Source: Tubiluchus corallicola
Taxonomy: Eukaryota > Animalia > Priapulida
Length of the DNA: 64,000 nucleotides
NCBI GenBank assembly: GCA_030141605.1
Contig: JAQGDQ010000113.1
Location: forward strand, 310,001 to 374,000
Direction of reading: 5' to 3'
The position numbers and the translations under genes are program-made. Numbering within the stretch: the first letter of the stretch is position 1; every line of letters starts with the position of its first letter. Below are positions 52,901 through 64,000 of this stretch, one piece after another. The notes under the pieces were generated by a model. It did not search any database. It had not been told where the DNA came from and saw only the letters and a list, made by a program, of their open reading frames with translations.

Positions 52901-55900
52901 TCATTCATCATCACCATCATCATCATAATTAACCGTCATCGTCATCAGGGTGAAGGAGAGAAAGTCCAAAACTTTCGAAAAAATTGGCAGGCGACTATGA
53001 CAGCCATGAAAAAGAGGCACATCACCAAAAAGTTATCCACTCTTGGGTGTTATAAGTTGTAAAGCTGAATAGGTTTTCTGTTTAACTCACTCGGGATATG
53101 CTAAGCTTTTCAGCCATCTCTCTTTCTTACCACCCACTCATACTTCAACTATTTTATAGTCTTCTTCTTCTTTGGAAGCAAAAGTGACTGTAATCTGCAA
53201 CCTTACTCACATTGTCCTGGCTGTTTATGCACTCGGGAAAACTGGACAAGATGTAACGAACAATATCGCTTTGTTCACTCATAACAGCGAAGTGTAGTGG
53301 ACACTGGCCAACAAAATTCCTTGCAGTAGCTAATTGCTTCCTATCCATGAGTTGTTTGATGCTTCGTAAATCTCCCAGTTTACAGGCTTCCTCTATTTCC
53401 GCAAGTCTTTCCTGTTAACATTGTTTAAATTTTTATTCTTGATGTAATTTTAACACCTTTGTACACAAAAACGGATTAACCATCAATAATAAAAAGTATT
53501 AGTATTATAACCAAAATAATAACAATAATTATTATTTTGGTTATAATACTAATACTTTTTATTATTAATAATAATTTTAATAATAATAATTATTATTATT
53601 GTGAATTGTTGTGGAGGCCTAATATTTTATAGGTTATTTATGCTTTCATTTTTAGGCAAAAGGGTTCCTAAACAAAATCGCAAAACTCGTCCAAACACAG
53701 CAACAAAATTTTAACTAGCTGCAACTTTCAAACTGATGTAAGTCAATGAACAAACCACGCTAGCTGATGCATTTTTGCTCAAATTTGTTCAATATTACGA
53801 CATTACGCCCTCTTCAAATCATCTAGGTGCTTCTACGTTCTAAAAGGCAGATCCCACTTGTTAAGGCCACGCATTCCTGTCCGTCGCCACCGCCCACAAT
53901 GCATCATCCCTTAAATCTAGAGTTGTATTTTCTAAATCTTTTTGCAGTATATGTATATATGTCAGTAGCTGACCCCCTTTCTAGACTTTTGATAATTTAG
54001 AAGGAAATTAATTTGGATTGGATTTGGCCTCATGAATTTGTGAACCTAGATAGTGCATATGGTATTTTTTTGGTTATATATTCGTAAAGTCGTTATGTCG
54101 GCGATGTAATGTTGAAATATTGAACAAACTTAAACAAAACACCAGATTTACCACAACAAGCTTGGGTAATTCATTTATTTACATAGTGTAATGGTTAAGC
54201 CACTTTTTGCCAATTAAATGCCTAACCTCAAACGATTATCCTTGATAATTAATTAGATCCCTTTCTTGCCACAACGGTCTACTATAATTCGGCCTGCCAG
54301 TGAATGTTGGACCCGAACTGTACCGAACTGCAGTAGGCCGAATGATGCCTGTATACACTTAGGTGTATTTTTTGTAATTATACTTGTACATTTCAAATAG
54401 TTTAGTTTGTTGAGAAAATGATAATTTACTCCATCTGAGATAAAAAATAAAACAAAAAAAAAGAAAAATGAGTTCATACAAACTGGAGCGATTAATTTGC
54501 TTACAATTGCTTAATTGTGTCTACTAACGACACAAATATATGAAAATCTGCTGCTAATTTAATTTCACACCTCAGTTTTCTTAAGAAGCAGCTCCTGGTT
54601 TTCTTCAGCTGTTCTTTTTTGTTTTTTACGGACTTTCTTTGTTTTTTCTTCCTGTATGTTGATTACGTCTTCTTCACCCGATACTGTTCTGCCAATCTGT
54701 TCAATGTAAATCAAGAAACTGCAGAAACTATCACCAATAACATATTAATCATAGCGCTTGGCTAGCTGACGGCAATGACAGTGATAGTCGCGATAATGAT
54801 AACTGTGACGGTGGCTAAATTGGTGCGATGGCAAAGAGAGTCAAGATTAAAATGACAACCTAAGATATTTCTAAAAAAAAACTTCACTTACTGCGTCATG
54901 TTCATTTTCTTCTGCTTCTGCACCAGATGTCACTAGTAGTTTGTACACGTGACCACCATCATTTAAAACAGCTGCATATTGAAGAGGCGTCCTGTTGTTC
55001 TGTGGAATGAAATTAAGGCTGACATAACATTACTATAGTCATTTAACTAATTCTAATAAAAATGTTTAGCAAAAGCACAGAAAAACACAGGAACACAGCC
55101 CGGAAAAGCGCCTATGATTCATATTGAATTGAAATGAATTTGAATCGCCAAAAAAGTCACAGCCTGGCACTCTGGATGTTCTAGAAGATCAAAACAAACT
55201 GTTGCTAAATGTAAAAAAATGTTCAGAAAATTCCACGTTCTGGGGTAATTTCGCAGTTACAGAAGGATGAAGTTTAAAGCACAACAAGTTATGCACTTTA
55301 CACACGTTACACACGTGTTACACACGTTTGTATAATGTAGCTTTTATATTGCGAGATAAATCAGAAAAAGTAACACAGTTCGTTAATATAGCCTACGATG
55401 TCCGAAGTTAGTTTTATAAGCTACTAAGATCCATATAACTTAAAAAACTTACATCTCTCTCTCGCTTTTGTATAGCGCTGTTAACGAGTTTAATATTAAT
55501 TTTTTAATTTAATTGTTTAGCATCTTTATGTATTTGATTGCCTGTTGATATTTCTGATTAGAAATTGTTCTGTTCTTGTTTTTTCTACTGTAGCACCACT
55601 GGTCACATTTGCGCTACATGGTATGTGTGTACAAGGCATGAACGTATGAAACGTATTGAACATTGCTATCGCTGTGTGACCTTGTAGTTAAAACACTTGT
55701 CTAGGTAACGAAAGTCTATAATCCAAATCCAATCCAAGTCACATCTTTTCAGAATTCCATTTTCACTTGGTAATTTGTCAGTTGATTTCGTCATTAACGA
55801 GTGGTTCACAATTTTTCAGCGTCTCCTTTCTTTCTTCAACTCATTACCCCAGATGAGTAATAAATGTAATGAAGTAAACCGCAATGTTTTACGAACGTTC

Positions 55901-58900
55901 TGGCATTCACAGTCATAATCTATTAATGTTATTCCGTCATTAATTATTAATCAAATATTAGCTTTAAAACTAAGATCATACCTTGTCACGGCAGTTGACA
56001 GCAGAAGGATTTTGTTGCAGGATGTATCTGATGACAGCAGTCTGTTCGTGCATCACTGCAACATGCAGAGGCGTCATACCACTATCGTCAACCATCAAGG
56101 CAAGTTCTTTGCGGTCAAACAATTGTTTCACGTCTCGTAGGTTACCTTCTTCAATGGCAGTGTTTAATATGGATAACTTCTCCTATCAAAGATCATGCAG
56201 GGAACTAAATAAAAACATGCAGTTACATACTTCTTTTGATCTCATACTTTGTCCTAAATTACGTTTTTTATAGTCAATTCACAAAAGATGTGACAATTGA
56301 AAAAACCAAGGTGCTTCTTGTTTCAAACAGTTTGTTATTTCTGTTATTTGATTTTGCTGGAATTTACAGAAACTTTATCAAACGGTAATGTGGAAGTGGC
56401 CGAAATCATCGCCATACCATCGTCTGGTCATCTGGTGCATGACCAAATGCATCGACCAGAACACTGTCTGCGTAAATGTCATCAGCCTTTTCGAAGTCTT
56501 CAATTTTTTTCTCGACGTCGAGACTTTCTCTAGTTTCTTCTTGATTTCTTCCTCCTGCTTCAGATGCTATTAATCTTCTTTCACCACTCTGTAAAGGAAT
56601 TGTAGACCGTGCAGGTAGTGTAGATGCGTTGCTTCAAGTACAAAAGCGAAAAATCTTACTAATACTACCAGGTAGAAACACATTGAAGCGACGATAATGC
56701 AAATACCCATACATGTTCATCCAACAACAGAAATTTTTGCACTTTCTCTGTTTCTTAAATTTACTTTACAGCGTGATGTTGACCGTTTGGACGAGAATTG
56801 TCACAACGAGTACGAAGCATCGAAATAAACAACGATGAACCGTGAGAGTAAATTAATATGTGCCTTACCACAAGCACATATGTAGGTCTTGCTGACGATT
56901 GCTAGATATCGGTTTGCGGAATATCTAATTGCATGGAAAAACTGTTACACTGACATAGTGAACAAAAGAATGACAGAAAAACGAAAATTTATACAAGTCC
57001 TACATGTGTAAGCATGTGTAAATGTTACGTAAATTTGTAAAAATCGGCACTTTCACCATGAAATTAACGTTAAATATCTCCATGGGACCTATAAAAGGAA
57101 CTTTTGTGAGGTTACGTTTTAACCCCTACAAACCCTTTAATTCTTTATGTCCCATTTGGTTTTCCAACTAAGTTGTATGAAGCAATCAGTCTTATTCAGT
57201 ATCTACTTACAGTCGATGTATCATCTCGCCCTTGACTTGAAACAATGTGTCTAGACTGTACAGGAGACAAGACTTCTGACTCAACTGAACTACTTCCTGC
57301 GGTGGTTTCGTCTGTCACTTCGTCAATGTGCTGACTCAGATAAAAGCCTGCGTCATGTCCACTCTGTCAAGTAGAAAAAATTTCTAATTAAAATGGATTC
57401 AGTCCTAAATGACTGCTGTGACTATGAATTTGAATAGATATTCTTAATTCGTACTTTAATTTTAACACTTTCAGTTAGTTAGTTAAGTTAAACAGAAAAA
57501 ACACTATTTGCATAAAATATACATAGAAACTACTGACAATTAATGCAAAGATTTTGCATAGTGACAAGCTTTTACCATTTAACAAGCAAGCGAAACTGGT
57601 ACGTGTTAAAATGATGAAACAAACCTTATCGATGAAATGAGTGTTCGCCCCTGCCGAAATGAGGACTTTGTACAGGTGTCCTCCATCCCGAAGCTCACCT
57701 GCATAGTGAAGAGGTGTCATGCCAGCCTGTTCAGTAATTAATCAATATGAATAATTAATTAAGAGACTAACTGTCTCCTCATTACAACTTTCATCAAATT
57801 ACTAGTGACAGTAAGTCACTACTTGAAATGAGCGCGCTTCTTTGCGCCCATTCAGACACATTCAGTAAAGTCAGTGTAACAAGCGATGAGGTTATACGCG
57901 ATAATCACGATTGTGCCGTTCGCGGACACCGGAAAATATGACACATTCTCATCCATCCAGAGAGTGTTTAGGTTTTTAGCCCTACAAAATAGCCCATTTC
58001 CTGAAGGTATTCTTATTTCACAATATTTTTCAATATTACGTAGTTCTCCAATTTTACTAATCCCTACAAAGTTCATGTTCACTCACAATGAACATCTAGT
58101 TTAATGCACTGCCAAACAAAAAAGAACAAGCATAGAATTAACCTTATAAGTGTTAAAATAATGTTATTTTCATTAGGATCAGGTACTACTTACGAGGAGC
58201 CGTTAGAACGTTAACACTAATGTATTCTTGCCTTAACTTGAAAAAAAAACAAATTTTGCAACCATCTAAATCGTGCTACGTGTCCGTTGTAATTTCAGTT
58301 TTTTTATCTATTCTGTTACTGCAAGACTTTACTTTTAGTACTACTGTGACATTAACAACGACTTCAGAATGTAATTTGTGTCGGGTTAATTTATGCAGGC
58401 AGCTGTACTTGCTCACACCTGCGACGGCTGTGAGTCTAACATGAGAAGTGAGATCTTTTTCGTTATTTTTATTAGGTTGTTTTTGTATCCACGAAAAAAA
58501 CTGAAGATATCGTTAGGCCAATTCCTACCTTATCTCTGGCATCCAAACTATGAGTAAAATTCTGTGCAATCCAACGCACAATCGCTGTTTCTCCTTTTAT
58601 TACTGCGTAGTGCAGGGGAGTTGCCCCATCTTCATCTGTTGCTATAGCAATTGCCTTTCTATCCATCAGTTGTTTTACTTGGCGCAAGTCACCCTTCTTT
58701 ATGGCTTTATTGATTTTTGTCACTTTTTCCTGTAAGAAGGAAGTTATAAGATTGCTTATGCCACCATAGTTAACACATCTAGAAAATATAAAAGTTAGGC
58801 TATTGAAAATATGACAACATATCTACTTCCCCGTAACCGTTTAAAGCTATTAACAGTCGTAAATCATCTTCATCAAAATGGAGGAAGGAGAAAGGAGAAA

Positions 58901-61148
58901 CAATGCTTCAGATGTGAAATATTTGAAACTGAACATAGATTTGAATAATGTGATTTTTAGCTCAGCGGAATCAGTCTTGTATGAGACACAAACGCACCCT
59001 AACATTAAGGGAGTTAATAATCAGGTAAACACAAAAACGACAGAAGATGTATAGGTTTTCTAATACAAGTATCCCTATTCAGTTGGCTTAATTTAGTTTT
59101 ACCATGTATTTTTAGCCAACTCTTCAAAGTTCAATTGCAGGTTAAGTTAGGTTTATTATTCACAATTAAATTAGTATATTCTAACTCACCGAAATGTCAT
59201 AAGCTGTTGCTTCATCCTCAATGTGAACTACAATCTCATGTGGCTTGTTTTCATTGACGTCCTTCACATCTCCTGTAGTATTCAGTTTTGTATTTGAATC
59301 GATATTTTCAGCCGAGACTTCAGCAATACTTTCGTTTTGTAGTCCAAACTTTACTGATGCCTTGGAACGAGTTCTTCTTCCTCCTCTCTTAGGCAGTTTT
59401 GGGGGAGTTGTCCGGCTGCGCCGGGGTTTCGTGACTACTGTGGCCGGCGGAGTGCTAAGGGATGTCGTGGAAACAGACATCAGCTTATTTGGGTGACTTT
59501 GACTATGTAGATTAGATCTTTGGGGTTCATCCTTTTCTGGCGAGCCGTCCTCGGCATTTCTGTAGCTCTTTACGGCAGATCCCATGAATCCGGCCGTTTC
59601 ATTTTGGTCTTCAACTTTGCTATGAAGAGTGGATTCTCCTTCATTGTGCCCAGCATTTTTCACACCAGATACAAGTAACATGGTCTCTTTTGTAATGTCT
59701 TCATTGTCAAGTTCTTCATTAAGTTTCTCAACATTCTCTTCACTGTCAACATGGATAGATTCAAAAGAATATGTTGCGGGATCTCGTTTACTAACAACTT
59801 CAGTTGATGGTTTCGGAGAATGTCGATTTCCTTTTTCCAAGTTGGGAGAATTTTCTTTCTTAGCTTCGTGCTTGCTGTTTTTAGGTACTACTACGTTGCT
59901 ACCAATCAGGTCAAAGCTGACATTCTCTTGCGAAGCATATTCGTTCTTATTGAACAAACTGTCCTCAATTTCGTAAGAATCACTTGGATTTAAGGCAAAA
60001 GTGTCGCTGACTGCACTGGCATCTTTGTTGCGGTTTCTGTTCACTGACACAATCCTACTCTGAATGTTGTCCTCACTCTTGACACCAGGACTTCTTTCCT
60101 GTCGTCCCAAGGAAAATGAATTTCTAGAGCTTTGTCGGGAAGCAGAAACAACTGGAAGTGTGGCAACTGCTCCGTCAGCACTGTCACGACCAGTGACTTC
60201 TGGGGACTTGGAGTGAACATACTCGCTTTGTTTTGGAGAGTTTGACTGTAAGATATCCGGTAACGTTGGTGTTGCATTAGAAGCACGTGAAGCACGACTG
60301 GTATTCCGGAAACTTTTGATGCTATTAACGTCGTCTTGTTTGAGCTGTCTAACTGAATCCATACTAACAATCGACATTGTTTCTCCATATTCAACCTTTG
60401 GTTCTACGACTTCCTTGCCTGGTTCATTAGATACTTTGCTTCTTCCGGAGACTTGGGATGTTTTGCTATTTTGGGAGATATTAGACGTTGTGCTTTGTCG
60501 TGAATTGTTTCCCGGTCCTAATTCTTCATCTACTGGGGGCGTCACAGACTTACGAGGCGCTTGTTGAGGTGAACCGAAATCTTTGCTCTGCCTGGATCTT
60601 TTACCGTCATGGTCTCCACTTCGATTTTCCATATTTCTTGCACTGTTTATAGAAATTTTACCACTTATCCGTGACACGCTAGGAGATTCATCAGTGGTAC
60701 CTTCTCTACTTATTGACTTATGTTGCAACGTGTTGCTCGCCTGGTCTCTATTGCTTTCCACAGAAACTTTTGATCGATTGGAATTCTTGGACTGACTACG
60801 TGAAGCTGTTGCTGTATTTGATTCACGGTCGCCATCCACTAGCCCTTTTATAGTATCATCAGCACTCATTTTTCTAACAGCATCAGACGTTGTTGACCTT
60901 CTGCCAGATGCTCTAGATTTACTGACTGGCGTCTCTAATTCAGTTTCTCTCGCAGCTGATTCCCTGCCATCAATAGACCTATGTGAGTTCATGCTGGCAT
61001 TTGATGGAGCTCTGGCACCACTTTCTTTACTCCTTACTGAAGCTCTTGACTCAGTCGATGATTTGACGCTAACTGTACGGGCGCCATTTCCTTTTCCCTC
61101 GTCACGAGCTGGGCTTATGGTCCTTGTACTGGTTCTGGAGAAGCTCAT
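38949..61148 (-). CDS. Large ankyrin-repeat protein with Dpy-30 motif and disordered Ser/Arg-rich N-terminus (24 coding exons, ~1762 aa as modelled)
   Basis: Phase-compatible AG/GT exons: 59190-61148, 58529-58729, 57625-57726, 57211-57363, 56418-56588, 55982-56182, 54892-54999, 54571-54696, 53211-53411, 52546-52647, 52185-52361, 51572-51772, 49644-49745, 49237-49356, 48806-48896, 45648-45774, 44527-44732, 44135-44292, 43646-43717, 42250-42436, 41418-41566, 40703-40903, 40492-40599, 38949-39014 (terminal exon least certain). Repeated G.TPLH.A ankyrin motifs; an in-frame stop lies 27 nt upstream of ATG 61148. Confidence 0.85.
43123..43502. repeat. 66-bp minisatellite, ~5.8 near-identical copies (intronic)
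   Basis: Unit CCAATAATGAGCCGCCAAAAYATGCAGTGCTGCCCCTGTTGCGTTTATTAGACACCAGCATCCAAG starting near 43123, 43189, 43255, 43321, 43387 and 43453. Confidence 0.97.
44135..44292 (-). CDS. Dpy-30 motif exon of the ankyrin gene
   Basis: YLTRVLGEPLAVALAQLVDKRPRDPIDYLAKLLYKH fits the Dpy-30 consensus YL...V...L..GL..L...RP.DPI.YLA..L. Confidence 0.88.
47203..48150 (-). other. Unexplained 948-nt open frame nested in an ankyrin-gene intron (possible alternative terminal exon or retro/pseudogene)
   Basis: Stop-free from 48150 (just after tttaacag) to TAA at 47203; no in-frame ATG; basic C-terminus. Confidence 0.4.
50040..50570 (+). mobile_element. Decayed LINE (CR1/L2-type) ORF2 3' fragment, intronic
   Basis: LYNCLILPYLTYCCILWGKTYPTNL...QRKLLRII-like and PNLWKEIP...NLYGFKRYMKSLLL, typical LINE RT C-terminal region. 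Confidence 0.8.
53485..53566. repeat. Perfect 38-bp AT-rich inverted repeat with 6-nt spacer
   Basis: AATAATAAAAAGTATTAGTATTATAACCAAAATAATAA-caataa-exact reverse complement. Confidence 0.95.
53737..54184. mobile_element. Degenerate MITE-like element
   Basis: Left ATGTAAGTCAATGAA...AATTTGTTCAATATTACGACATTAC versus right GTAATGTTGAAATATTGAACAAAC...TTCATTTATTTACAT (inverted). Confidence 0.5.
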
Positions 61149-63760
61149 TGTGGTCGTCAGTTTATCCTTTAATTAGGATGAGATTTGCTGTAGCCTAAAT
61201 CTGTTTATGTGGCAATTAACGCTGCAAAATTTCAAATAGTACTGAGTATTTGTTTGTATAACTATTCTACGCCAAGAGCCACAGTTGTCTCTTAGATATT
61301 TAAGTATTGACTACTAGTTGCAGCGTCATTGATTTGCTTTTAAAAGTATAAACATCGTGAAGGAGTTACAAATACATTCTTTAAAAAATATGAGATTTTT
61401 CTCCTGATACTGTCATCTTTAACAAAATGAGTAAAACCTTGAATGCGTGTTATTTATTTCAGAAGCTTTCGCCTTATCCGAGTCCATCAACTTGAAATGC
61501 TGCTGAATAGACTTATGTTACTAGCCTAATCGATAGCTAGCGAAAGTCTGATAAGGCCCGTTAGGACAAAAACGTCTGAAATAAATAATCAATTTTGAGA
61601 CTATAAAGGGGTTTATTCATGTTATTATATACGCTCTTATTTTATATTCTTAGTACAAAAACTATGTTCAACTGAAGTAAGCTTTGAATGAAAGCTTGTT
61701 TTCACGGTTTCACGAATGCCAATTAGTTGTTTTGTTAGGCCGCATATGTTTAAACTTTCTATTGTCTAATCATATTTTGTTTTCTTGAATAGGCCCAAAC
61801 AGTCAAAAGTTCGAGAATAAACATGGAACGAACTTACTGTTTTAACTGTGAAGTTAAATTATTGAATATATACATTCAGAATGTGTTGCTAGAATGGCAA
61901 TTTACTTGCTGCCTACTTGCTCACAAACAAAACCTTGTTGCCGCTAGAGTTGTAAATGGCCTAAGAAAAACTTCAAAATTATCTTTACAGAAAGAAGCCT
62001 CACTCTCACCAGCGAGCCATCATTGTTCTGATATTCAAGATACTTTTCAATTAGAAGGTATTGTAGAAATGTTATAAAAACTTACCATTAATTAGGAGCC
62101 CATTTACCAAAAGAGAGCAGGTGAAAGATATCCAAGCATCTATTTCAGGTACTTGCTGCACAAACGCTGGTTCATCTGTTGCTTGGCAGGAATCGTTACT
62201 GTTGCTTAGCATTAATAAACACTGAGATGCATAAAATAGATGCTGTCAGGTATATTGATTACACCAGGTGAAAAAATCAATGTGCACCTATTCTAGAACT
62301 ATGATAAATTAATTATCTTCTTGTGTCTACTTTTATACTTTGTAGGTTAATGCTCACCGCAGCTCATTCAAGAAAACTTGCACTGGCTTGAAAATAAGAT
62401 AGTGCTCTTCTGAGACTTGCCATGGTCACAACTGTAAAAGAGACAAACTGCCCACTTAAAAGTCTCAAAAATTTTATTTTTCACAGGAGCTTTCGTCCTT
62501 CACAGACTTCGTCAGCTGAAATGTTCTTGTACGGCTTGATGTTCTCCCGTACAAGTAGATTTCAGCTGACGAAGTCCGTGAAGGACAAAAGCTCCTGTGA
62601 AAAATAACAAATTCCACTATTTTAGCACCACCTTTTCTTGCTGACGGACAGCCTGACAGAAATTTGGGAAAACATTAACTAAAACTGTGTTTTTATTCGA
62701 CTTAACTTAACCCAGCAATTTTATACACTATCATTTTACACAAAACAAATAGGTTATATTCCAGTGTGGAGTTAAAAATTGTTCAGTTTTTCAAAATTAT
62801 GTTCAGTAACGCTACTGCGCAAGCTTTCTGGTTGGCAGGAATTTCATTTTTTGCACTTTGCAATTTCAGAATCAGCAGACAATTGCAAGAGGAAATACTC
62901 TAACTTAAAAAATTCTTCTTGAGATTTTGTATCACTTACGTGCTGTCCAATGTGCAAACAGAGTCTGCGTTAGCAGCAACACTTCCGTGATGTGCGTTAG
63001 GTGCAGTTATTTTGACGGTATAGGGCATTTGAAACAAGCTTTGATAACATTACGTACAGTTTGAAAAATAGTCAGAGTGTTCGTAGTACACCTTCCTCTA
63101 ATTAAGAAAAAGCATAAATTACTTTGTCTTACCAGTAAGATCAATAATGCGTTGTCATTGTTGTTGCTTTTGTTAATCAGTAGTGCACACTGGGAAGGTG
63201 ATACAATGACGCTTTAATTACTACTTGGCATGAACATTTTAAATTATTAAGAATTTTCTTTTCCAATTGTAAATAAGTCTTTCAAAAAAGGTAAGCATAA
63301 TGCTAAGTAATCTAACGTTGCATGGAAAGTTTTTAGGGATATACTTTCAGGTAGATTCACTTGAGGATGAATGTAGACTAGTAGGATGTTTGTAACATGA
63401 ACCTCAGCGTGTTACTAGAACTTCATTTTATACAGTTTTAACAGTCTGCTAGTTAATCTATTTTGATGTGTTATCAATTTTGCTTTATTTTTACATATTT
63501 TATACCAATTTTGTTATTCATGAAGCCACAAAACGCCGCTACTGCATCAACGTTTCTAGATTGAGAATATCCTAACAGTCAAAAGTGCAATAATCTTATC
63601 TACTCTGCTGCAAGTGTGAGCTAATTATTGGTGAATATGCACTATAAGCGTAACAGTTTGGTCACATAATAGCTTACGGTGTTGTTATAAACGCAAAAGA
63701 AAAAGCGTTAATTAAATTTACGGAATAAACCTGCAAAAAGGTAATGGGAAAATTTGGAAT

Positions 63761-63829
63761 GCAGCCTGGATTTGAAATAGGGATCTTCTGCCTATATTGT
63801 AGACGCATCAGACCACTATAGGCTACCAC
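63761..63829 (-). mobile_element. tRNA-derived SINE head remnant
   Basis: Minus strand GTGGTAGCCTATAGTGG (A-box-like)...TTTCAAATCCAGGC (B-box-like) with tRNA-like spacing but no intact cloverleaf. Confidence 0.4.
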
Positions 63830-64000
63830 ATTCCCGAGCGGTTAACGTAATCCAAAAGTTCATCCTAATACCTGGCTAGCCAAATACAGCATTTCCATGC
63901 TAGATCGGAGTACTGGAGTACTTATTACATTTCCCATCTTTGAAGTTTTGTATTTTAATTGTAGAAGCACATTATTAGTAACAGTCTTGCCATTAAAATT

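Noticed and set aside
63761-63829. Functional tRNA gene
   Set aside because: Only degenerate A/B boxes; stems do not pair, so treated as a SINE relic.

Overview
AT-rich, intron-rich animal (invertebrate-type) genomic DNA; not prokaryotic. Four spliced protein-coding loci were reconstructed by hand from GT-AG boundaries and exon phase. (1) The last five exons of an SLC7A9/b(0,+)AT-like amino-acid transporter (+, 1978-5052). (2) A pentraxin-domain gene with atypical N- and C-terminal extensions (+, ~11104-20225). (3) A gustatory-receptor-like (GRL/7TMIC) locus on the minus strand. Here three tandem ~1.1-kb ATG-initiated 'variable' exons (TM1-TM6) each end in a phase-0 donor, and only ONE set of three small 'constant' exons encoding TM7 with the TYxxxxxQF motif is visible (23074-31513). 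This is the most interesting signal. (4) A 24-exon, ~1760-aa ankyrin-repeat plus Dpy-30-motif gene built from five copies of a 201-nt + 102/108-nt exon module (-, 38949-61148). Introns and intergenic DNA hold a decayed near-full-length CR1-type LINE, other LINE fragments, a probable Academ DNA-transposon remnant, MITE/foldback elements, degenerate Penelope-type hammerhead-like motifs, minisatellites and microsatellites. All gene models are manual and lack transcript support; family assignments come from motif recognition, not database searches.
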